In this document: piece after piece, positions 53,565 to 64,000 of the stretch
How the letters are laid out: each line of letters starts with the position of its first letter
Numbering within the stretch: position 1 is the stretch's first letter
Assembly (NCBI GenBank): GCA_964057225.1
Contig: OZ059900.1
Location: 9,982,001-10,046,000, forward strand
Direction: 5' to 3'
Source of the DNA: Auanema rhodensis
Taxonomy: Eukaryota; Animalia; Nematoda
DNA: 64,000 nt
Notes under the pieces: model-generated
Databases searched by the model: none
The model's input: the letters and a program-made list of their open reading frames with translations, nothing else
What the model was told of the DNA's origin: nothing
Position numbers and translations under genes: made by a program

Positions 53565-54925
53565 TGCCAAATTAAAAATAGGCTATCTGAAGTGAGTATG
53601 ATAAAACTAAATATGGAAATATGCATATGCTGCATCTAAAATAGGCACGTGATCAGGAACAAGAAAAAGAGAAATTAAAATTTAGGGGGGAGGGGAATGC
53701 TAGAGATAGAGAGCGCGCGCAATAGTGTGAATGCGAGGGAGAAACATGTGAGAAAGACGGAAAGGCAAGATGAGAGAATAGAGCAGCACTAATCAATGAA
53801 TAGGATGTATATCCCGCTATGGACGAGTCGTATGTAAAAACTAACGACTGGAGACATATGCGAACGGAGAGAGAGAGAAAGAAGGTCATTCATTGAGTCA
53901 TGTATACCATCTCAGTTGTGAGGTTCGCTTGTGTAAGTTCAACGTAATATGTAAAAAATCAGACCGTTTTCAAACAAAAAAAATTGTTTAATGTTGAAAC
54001 GAGAGATAGAGAAAATACGAAATTCTTGACATTTATCTCCTAATATTATACAAAATGTTTTGAAACAACGACATGAACATAGATGTATTTCCAACTTTAT
54101 ATTAGCCACAACTATCACTGATTCATTTCATGCAATTGTTAAGCATATGAGAAGAAATTAATGAAAAAGAATGTAGCCGTCAGAATACATGAATGAAAAC
54201 TGCGAGTAACAATAGCGTTAGTCGTTATTAAGGATGAAACTAATGAATTATATATATTTTTTCATAATCTTATTAGAAATATTAAAGAGTTTTAGATTGA
54301 GAAGAACAATTTTGGAAATTTAAAAATGAAGAACTATTGGATTAAAGATGAAGAGACTTCGATAAGAATGAGCCGAATGGAAAAGCATGAATACAAGAGG
54401 CGGAGCATAAAGAACGCTGTTCATGCAAGGCGGCAAATCGATTGAGCGGCACCAACTAATCCGTTAGACGCACAAAACGCGATTAAAGCTGTTACCATGG
54501 ATATAGGAAAAAGTATTAGCGAAAATATCAATAAATTTTCAATAAAGTATTAAAATTAAAACTTAAATAAAGCTACCAAAATATATTTACATACTATATA
54601 CCATATATAATACCATATACTTTACAATATAACATAAATATTTGATATTCAAAAACAATAAACAACGATAGAATGATTTAGTTCACATATATACTAACCT
54701 CTAGTTTAAATATAGTATTTAGAAGCTGTTTTGTCATTTTCTTGTCCACATTATTACCGGAAGAGAAGCCCTGGATTGAAGTCTTTATATTCACCCAATT
54801 ACAAATTTTTTTTTCCAAATATTCTTATGTACTTTCAATTATGGAAGAGGAACGTTTCATCTCTATATCATCAGCTCTATTACTATGAAGTTTCACCAAC
54901 AGTTATTAGTAGTATATATATGAGA

Positions 54926-56417
54926 ATTTATTAGGAAAGATATTTCTCGTAAAAGTCTCATGAAATAAAATGATTTATCATTCTTTTTTTCCTACAGAAA
55001 TCGCAAATATCATATAATATTTTATATGAAATTTCAAAAATAATACACTTTTTCAAGTATGCTCATATAGAATACAGTAATTTCTGGAAATGGTCTAGAA
55101 ACACAAAAAAACGAATCGAATATGCTTTGCCTTATTCAAAATAATGTCCTGAAGGATTCACTTATTCTCACGAAAAATCTTATAACGTTCACATAGAATA
55201 AAGCCATTTTTAGATTTTATCTCTCCATTTATAAAACAAAAAGAAAGATTTATGTTATAGGAAATATTACTTTGTTAATTGAATTTATGAGAGGAAGCAA
55301 TTAAAGCCATTTTCGGGTATACAGTGCAGTTTATTGCTTAGTTAGGATAACACAAAGTGTTATATCTTTCTTCCAAGTACAGTAATTTACTGAAGAAATA
55401 ATGATCATATCATATCATTATAGCAAATTTTAACAATAATATGATATACATTACACATACAAACTCTAAATTAGTTTCAAAAAACTAAAACTAAAAAAGA
55501 AAAATGAAATGGACATCCAAACCAAAAATTAGTTCAAAGTAACAAAAACTTGGTTAAAATAAGCACTTTTTAGTGCTTTGAAAATTCACATATTTTTCAC
55601 TTTTTTGAAAAAAGTGTAGTAAATGAGGTGATTCTCTGACTTCAAAGAAGGAAAATGTGTCTAAAAAGGCTGAAATCTCGAAATGGTACTATAATCCCTC
55701 ATATATATACTACTGTTATTGATTTGTACACATGCGCCGTGATTGAATAATAGGACGTATCAGATATTGATATTGAGCTATAAACTACAATTATCCTATT
55801 TTGAATGGAAATGTGAGAAAAAATCTGAACAATGACTTTATTATCGACTGGAAACTAGAATTATTTAGTTTTTTGAAACTAATTTAGAGTTTGTATGTGT
55901 AATGTATATCATATTAATGTTAAGATTTGCTATAATGATATGATATGATCATTATTTCTTCAGTAAATTACTGTACTTGGAAGAAAGATATAACACTTTG
56001 TGTTATCACTAAGCAATAAACTGCATTGTATACCCGAAAATGGCTTTAATTACTTCCTCTCATAAATTCAATTAACAAAGTAATATTTCCTATAACATAA
56101 ATCTTTCTTTTTGTCTTATAAATGGAGAGATAAAATCTAAAAATGGCTTTATTCTATGTGAACGTTATAAGATTTTTCGTGAGAATAAGTGAATCCTTCA
56201 GGACATTATTTTGAATAAGGCAAAGCATATTCGATTCGTTTTTTTGTGTTTCTAGACCATTTCCAGAAATTACTGTATTCTATATTTTCAAAAAGTGTAT
56301 TATTTTTGAAATTTCATATAAAATATTATATGATATTTGCGATTTCTGTAGGAAAAAAAGAATGATAAATCATTTTATTTCATGAGACTTTTACGAGAAA
56401 TATCTTTTCTAATAAAT
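54926..56417. repeat. Foldback/MITE-like long inverted repeat (arms ~54926-55489 and ~55864-56417, ~375-bp spacer)
   Basis: The arms are near-perfect reverse complements with scattered substitutions and one short divergent patch (~55050-55068 vs ~56283-56292). Confidence 0.9.
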
Positions 56418-57838
56418 CCTTTCAGTTCAAATTTTAACTTTAGAGAATAAGTTCATCCTCAAGAGTTGATTGTAATTGGATTCTGCTCTCATAAATTCAA
56501 TATACATATGTATGTTAGAACACCCTTATTAGAATATTTTGTTATATTTCAACAATAAAACTTCTTTGAATTAATAGTGAATGGCCCTTTGAATGCTATC
56601 AGATGGTTGGTTTCTGAATATCGTAATTAGTGAACAGTGGTTGTCATAGTTAATAGTCCATACGCATCAATCACTAGACTGCTCCAATACTCTAAAATTT
56701 TGGCCTAATACAGCTGCTTCTTCTATATAAGAAAAATAGGACTGGGGAGAAACAATTAGAAGTAGTTGAAGGTTAGAAAAGTTGACCTATTATGAGAATA
56801 AAGAACACCTGTCTTGTATTGGAAAGCTTCTAATCTTAAGTTTCAGTATTATTGTACGTTTGTATGTGCATTATACTAATAATTACAGCAATTTGAATAG
56901 AAAACACTTGATTTTATTATTTGTTACCTGTAAAGTTTCTTAAGAATAGAGTCTTTTGAACAAACTCTCAATATTGTAGATTTTTAGATTAGACAACCTT
57001 CTAGTATCGCTTCTCGGCTTTTCCAATTTTATGGGCCTATTAGAACTAGAAGTGGTTTATATTATTTTGGCTTATGTTGGCCCATAATTGAACCATGCAC
57101 TACTGGGCTTGATTTTCATGTTACGAAAAAAGAAGGAGCTATTTTATGATAAAAACTAAGTATTGAGATGATTAAACCAAGTTGAATTTTGAATTCACTA
57201 CTCGAAAGATTTGCAAATTACATGGGAAGAAGCGTATCGATGGTACATAGCTGATTACTGGGTTGGCAGTTTCAACTTATAAGCTCCGCTGTTTTTTTTC
57301 AATTTGCAAATCAGACCAATTACAGTTTTTAAGTTAGTGAAATCAAGGCAGATATGTGCAGACTGAATATCTAAAATGAGTTCTGCAAACATGCTCTGTT
57401 GATAATAACTGGTTTGAAGCTTAATAAGTCCTATAATGATAATTACAGTAATTCAATAAAAGGTCATTAGGGAAGGCCCAAAATTATTTCTTTAATATAT
57501 TTACTTTTTGTTGTTTTTATTTATAAAAAAAGCATGTACTAATAAGGATACAATATTTTTGAGGGCGGTAATTGATTCACAAGGGAATATTATAGTAAAC
57601 TTAGACTCTTATCTCTTTCTCTTTGAAACATATTACGATCTATTGATAAGTAAAGTTTTTTGACTGTTAAGTGCACTCTGACATTAAACGTTTTGATAAT
57701 AATCGTATTTAAATAAAAAAAGCTGTTTTGATATGCAAATACTTCAATTATCCTATGTTGCGTTTTTCGCTAATTTAATTTTTTGCAGGTTTCAAAAACC
57801 TATATATCTAGTTGTCTAACAACTAAACTGTATAAAGG

Positions 57839-58514
57839 ATGGTCAGTGAGATTCGAAATATACATGGTAATTTCTTTCGTAGGGTTCTTACGTTGATTAT
57901 GATCGTTTACTGGAGGATGATGACGATGAGGATAATAAGCTGGTTGAAGATCTTGATGAACAAATAAACGAAACTACCGCCTTAGACGCACAGATGCACA
58001 GGCGCCACGAACGCGTTCTAAACATTGGACAAGAATTTCCTCAATTGGTTCATCTAGCTCAGGCAGATAGTGATATCCTGGATCAACAGGAACATGAAAT
58101 ATTCGCGCTTATTGGTGTAAATCACCAGTTGGTTGAAGAAATGATGAGTTTAAAGCATAGGATTTACTTGTTGAGAAAAGACATTGAACTCACTACGCAC
58201 ACAGCTTGTGGGGAGCAAAGATTCAATATTCTGCATCAGCTGGAATACCGCAAACTTCATAATATGATGCTGGATTACATGAAGTTTGTTCAAATTCAAG
58301 TCAGGTTTTATAGAAAAGCTGGTCATCGTGTTCCTCGTAAAATGCTATCTGAGTTCGTAGCTAATCGCGCTCTTTTCGAAAGAATTAAAAATCACTTGAA
58401 ATCTGTGTAGTGAGTTTTCATAATAATCTCATTTTGTTGAAAATTTTTTTTAGTGCTGAGGCCCGTGCCATTTTCGATACTCAGAGAAGGAATAGAAATT
58501 TGAACGAAGACTAA
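57839..58514 (+). CDS. Orphan helical/coiled-coil protein (family C candidate, ~195 aa)
   Basis: ATG then a 41-nt intron (57842-57882), GSYVDYDRLLEDDDDEDNKL... continuous with ORF 57994-58410, then an intron from a GTGAGT donor and YAEARAIFDTQRRNRNLNED*. Confidence 0.7.
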
Positions 58515-59832
58515 TTGTTCGATATTTTTGTTAAAATTTTTCGAAACTGTTTATGTTGTGTTTGTTTTCGAAATAAAAATTGTTGTTTTTGCACAGTACA
58601 ACTTAACTTCTCGAGAGCAGTAAACAAATCATGACAAATCAATAGAAAAACAATGAATTTACAGACTCAATTTATATCTAAAGTTGAACTATAATTTTTC
58701 GAAATCTTCCTAAAACCGGTATCCCGCCAGAGGTTATTCAATTCATCGTCTGGCGTGTACGCAGTTGATTATAACCAAACAAGCCTGGTTGTTTAAAAAG
58801 GATTTGTGTTTGTTCACCTCACTTCCAACAAGTCTCATAACCTGACGTCTTGCAATTAACAAAACTGACTGTCATTCATAATATACATTGGATTAAAAGA
58901 AATCATACTTAATTCTGCTGTTTCTTCTGAAATAATGTAAATATTGAAATAGATCAGATTTAGTAAAACATCTTCTAATAATAAACTATTCAAACGAATA
59001 GTTGTTCAAAAAATAAAATGAATATATTAAGGCATGAAAGCCAAGTAATGTCATAATATGGAAATGTTATTTATTATATTTTTACTATTTGAATAAGTGT
59101 TGTTAAGGGAGACATTTCTTATATGAAGTTGTAATGATTACTAATTAATGAATCATAGTGCATATTCCGATTACATATCTTTTAATGGATATAGTATGTT
59201 CATTTCTTATTGATTGCTGTCACTGATTTCCCAGTTGTCTCGAATTTATTAATTTATTTTATTTTAAATTTTCTAATCGTTTCAAGACTAAAAAAAAATG
59301 TAAAATTTAAAATTTCACTATTCTCCCACAAATAAGAGATCATTTTGAAATATATTTTTTCCCTGACTTATAATTCCATTGGGGACCCATTCTCTTGTTG
59401 ATTAGAAATTGCAATTACCTCAACAAGTCATTGTTCTCCCAATTAATCTGAAGGATGTGAGATTGTTTATCATTCTATTTAGTGATCTAGACGTGATTTC
59501 TAATCTAATCAAGCCAATATTTTTCTATTCCATGCAATTAAGATTAATAATTTGGCATAACTTGGTGCTCATTAGATATATGATAAACAGTCAAAACACG
59601 CCTTTCTGTTAGTAAAATCCTGGCTAAATATTTTGATATTTGGTGCTGTATAACATTGTGAAAAGTCTGTTCTTTCTCAAAACTGGAACAGTTCTATTCA
59701 TCCGGCAATTCTATTTATCCAATTATTTTCATATGTTTTATTTTCTTAAATTCTTATTGTTTTCATATACTTTAGATATGTTTCAGTTCTTGATTCTTAA
59801 TCCGTTATCGTTTGTTATTTCATGTTTTTAAG

Positions 59833-61470
59833 ATGGAATCCACTAGCTCAAACAAAGCTATACAGCGATTTATAAATACATCATCTGAATCAGATTCTGA
59901 TTTTTCCAACATTGGAAGTCCAGAGAGAACTCATCCGAATTTCAATTCTTCCTCAGAAACAGATCAATCTGAATCAAGCATTGTCCTATCAGTTACCATG
60001 GGTTACATAGCCGAAGTTGCATCCGCTCCTAACCAAGCCGTTTTGCCTGGACAAGCCACAGCAGCTAACCAGATTCCTGGTCTGGTGGTTGTTCCCATTA
60101 ATGAAGGCGCAGCAAACGATTTACCTGATAGTCAAGCTGTTTTGAATCATCATGAACAAAGCAGAGAACAGCCTTCTGCAAGGCAAACAGTATCAGAACG
60201 CTTCGATGAAATAATAGCAAAATATAAGGTAACTACAACTACGAGTTTGAAATGCTCACACTGTAAAAATTATTTTCAGCCATTTACTTTACATAATCAT
60301 GGACCAGCGAACGATATTTACCAATCTTTTAATGACATCCCTACAGTTGATGAAGAAGGAATCAAAGAAAGAAGAGCCGAATTTGAAGAAGCTATGGATC
60401 TTATGAGAAAGCAACTTCAGAAACATAATAGCTGCTCTCAAATGTTGCTCGAAAAAATTGAAGTTCAATTTTCTAGTCATTTCTGGACAATGCATGACTT
60501 GTCGTTCTATTACAAAGAACTGAAGCATTTTAACAATTGTGATCAGTCCGAGAGGGTTGAATCATTCGGAAATGGACAACAGAGAGACAAACTTCACGAC
60601 ATGAGCGCCTTATGTGAAGAAACACTGAACTCCATGGATATTCTATACGACATCATGACAATAAGGTCAGAGGACATGAAAAGATTGGGCAAAGTTCCTG
60701 CTCAAGTTATCAAAGAACAGACCGAAAAAATTCGTACACTTAACAAGTGTAATAATTATTTATTCAGCAGATGCGATGAGAAAGTATGAAATGTGTTTTT
60801 TCTCAGATAATTGTATTTGTTCAGAGATTTGCTGAAGATTTCAGTAGTGACATCTCGAACCAGGAAACTATCGACTTGATCAAGCATATCGTAAGTGATT
60901 GTTGATTTTATCAGCTATTATTTTATTTAAGATTATGTTTGGATCCAAAGTTCATCCTGATATGGTGCCGAGTTTACCTCAAATCTTCGTAAGTACTATA
61001 GCTTTGATGATTATACAAAATTTCTGTTTCAGATTAATCCACAGCAAGGAGAGAAGTTACAGTTAAAGGATATCAGTTATGGTTCGTTCTACCGTATCAG
61101 AGACTTGGTATGTTGTTTTCAAACTACTTTTGAAATAATATTTTTGCTTATACGCATTTTTAGTTAAGTAAAAAAGTTCATCCTCTCGCAAACGACATAC
61201 CAAATTTGGTTTACCCTTACCTTAGTACCAGAAATCTGACTTATTCTCAAGAAGAACTTGACACAATCAATGACATTGTAAGTTATTTTCTTATTCTTCG
61301 TTTAATATTATTCTATTAGTTGGAGCACGATAGGATTGCCCTGATCAAGCGAAACCTATTTAATAACGCTAACACAAATGTAAGTAATAGTTCATTTTCT
61401 CATAAATATCTTTTTTTTTCAGCCAATTGTCAATGTAGACTTGGTTGATGAGCCAATGGAGATGGATTAA
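59833..61470 (+). CDS. Family A copy 3
   Basis: Long first exon (ORF 59812-60789) ending YLFSRCDEK at a GT donor. Then RFAEDFSSDISNQETIDLIKHI, IMFGSKV..., INPQQGEKLQLKDISYGSFYRIRDL, ...YPYLSTRN..., LEHDRIAL..., PIVNVDLVDEPMEMD*. Confidence 0.85.
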
Positions 61471-63198
61471 ATCCCCAATATTAATTGTTTCTAAACCAAT
61501 ACAACTTGTTTATAAATTGATGGTTTCAAACCGATTTAAACCATTAATGTGAATATTCATTCACAATATCTTTAATTATAATAACTACAAATGTATTTAA
61601 TTGATCTTATATGACTTAATATTTTACTTCATTGGTTAATAAATTTTTTTTTTTAAATCAGTTTCTGCAATTCACAAAATTTACAAATATATGAAAAGCC
61701 TTCTACTTGATTTCAACAAAGAGTACTGTATCAAGCATAGTACAAAAATTTGTTCTGAATACAAAATTTGACCTATATAGTTTGATCTTTCAGATCAATA
61801 ATATTCTGAAAAATTGTCTTTTTTCTATATTTTCGTTTAGAATGTATAAAAAGTATCTTTTATTCTATCTTCTATAAGTCTTGTTATATAATTTTCAATT
61901 GTTCTTTATTCAACTAACCCTGTTCTCTGAATTCAAATTATATAATTCTCAGAATTGGCGATAGTTCATTATCAATGAGAAATTAATAAGTGGCAACTCC
62001 AATGCAAAAGAATAGAGTACAAACGATAAAAACTATATTAATTCTGCAATTGTTGAACAGAAATTGGCTGTTAGCTAACAGTAGTAATGTTATTTTAACG
62101 ACCGTGTAGAGGAAGACAAGTTGTACATTGAATTTAAGAAATAAAATGTGTTATGAGTATGTTGATATGCATAATAAAGATAAAGAAATAGAAGAAAAGA
62201 ATATGTATAGCTTAGGTTTTAATTTCAAAATTTATGGAAGATTTCTGAAGCGACTCTTGATATCGAAATTATTTCACCAGAAACGCTAACTCTAATTAGA
62301 TGATAGTCTTAGCAATGATACCACAGGTTTCACCACCTATCCTTATCCGACAATATAAGATTTATCGTATTTCATTCTCTTGGTAATATATCGTTCGGTT
62401 GATTAAGAAAGCTGAAAAGCAAGAACCATGTCCATCAAGATATGATCATTAAAATGTTTTTCCTTTTAAGGATTTTTAATGTTCAAACTTTAACAAATTC
62501 AGTTTGTACTAAAAAAAACTCTATTCATTTACTAAATTTGTAATTTTTTTGAATTTTTTTGTTCCCAAATGGTTTCTACTTAGGAAATATCCACAAATAT
62601 CAATATATAATACCGAGAAGAGAAATATTTATTTAACCATATGATACTATGTGCAAAAAAGAAGAGAAAAGTTCTCTGTTAGCTTTGAAAGCTCAGGCAC
62701 CTACTAAATTTACAGAAATCGAGTGAAACTTCGGTGTTGACTATTTCATAGATATGTGTGAGACCAAGCAATTATAAAGTTTTTATTGCTTGGCTGACCG
62801 TTTCAAATTTCTTCTTTGACGTTACCATACTTTTTGTTTCTTTCATTGTGTTATCTAAGAAGATAACTATCAGATTGTATTTTGGTTAACAACGGATATC
62901 GCATTTCGTGAAATTTGGACTTTGATTTCATTTTATGTAGTTATAGTTGACAAATATCATGATAATAAATAGAAATTAATCAATAATATCAGTGTAACAT
63001 GAAAATATTATAAAATTTTCAAAATCAAACAATTCTCTCTAATAAAAGAATTGAGATTTTCTGTTAATATTGAGAATATTGTCTTTTGTCCTCACATAAC
63101 TTAATATTTTCAAATTGTCATAAGTTTGCTGCGATTTGCAAGAAAAAAACATTTCTGTGATATGAAGCCACGAGAGACACCCCTTTTTGATATCAGAT

Positions 63199-63242
63199 AA
63201 TAGTTTTCTGCGTGGGTGCCGAAGAAGGCAGAACAATCCAAA
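63199..63242 (+). promoter_or_regulatory. Conserved upstream element of family B copy 2
   Basis: AATAGTTTTCTGCGTGGGTGCCGAAGAAGGCAGAACAATCCAAA matches the reverse complement of 3347-3390. Confidence 0.65.
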
Positions 63243-63419
63243 CCTCAAAAAACTTAATTTTATGAATTCATTCATTACCACTTGCTACTGCTGTTGTCAA
63301 GTTTCAAATACCTTTCTCTCATATATACTCTAAATTCATTTCAACCTTTTGGTTGATTTGGATATATACCAAATTAATATTTCCGAAAAAACTTTCCTCA
63401 AACCTTAAATTTGAATATT

Positions 63420-63820
63420 ATGGATGAATTTCCTTATCTGTCACGTCACCTTTGTAAGTTATGAGATTTAAAAACTTTTATATTAGTTTTACTTGTAGAC
63501 AATCGGAGTGGTTCTCTAATCATTGAAAACCAAGCTCGAGAGGTAGACGAAAAACATTGTGAAATCCAAACTTATCAAACAACACCGCGTGTTACTCAAC
63601 TTTGCATTTTTAATGAAAAGGATTCTGACATGAGTGAGTATAGCTTGTGTGTTCAAACGTTATCAAGTTTTTTCTATTTCATTTCGAAATATCAAGTATA
63701 CTCACTTGTTTAGAACCTTCCCACCAATTTGATATTCAAAAAGAAGCTCCGCCTGTTTATGATGATAGTGATGTTGAAGACGACGATGAAGACGCTTTTA
63801 TACTCTATCAGGCTGTATAA
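63420..63820 (+). CDS. Family B copy 2: small acidic orphan protein (~91 aa, exons 63420-63453, 63499-63633, 63714-63820)
   Basis: MDEFPYLSRHLYNRSGSLIIENQAREVDE...DVEDDDEDAFILYQAV* with canonical GT-AG introns. Confidence 0.75.
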
Positions 63821-64000
63821 GTCCACATCCTGGATCAAAATAACAACAAGTAGAATTTTCCAACTTTTTTCTTGAAATGTTTTCATTTAATTTTAATGTA
63901 GAAATTTAATAAAAAATTTGATCTAATATCCTATTTCAATTTTATTTTCTCGGTCGGCGCTTTTGATTGCATATTTATTCCGCCAAGCAATTTCTCAACT

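Overview
AT-rich eukaryotic DNA with short (~41-50 nt) GT-AG introns and TTTCAG-like acceptors, consistent with a rhabditid-type nematode genome. The centre holds recognisable genes: an ATF4/ATF5-type bZIP, a TWK two-pore K+ channel with many alternative first exons, a beta-type insulin-like peptide, a secreted lipocalin-like protein and a JAKMIP-like coiled-coil protein. Both ends carry lineage-specific genes. A large 'family A' gene (3 copies sharing core exon sizes) is followed by a small acidic 'family B' gene (2 copies), and this A->B cassette occurs in mirror orientation at each end, possibly preceded by a third 'C' gene. Other highlights: the bZIP reading frame has no AUG and sits +1 to a spliced, Cys-rich upstream overlapping ORF (candidate programmed frameshift); an intron-containing gene carries a BEL/Pao Gag (DUF1759-like) domain; and there is a ~1.5 kb foldback inverted repeat plus Gypsy and Tc1/mariner relics. 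All gene models were read by eye and none is database-verified.
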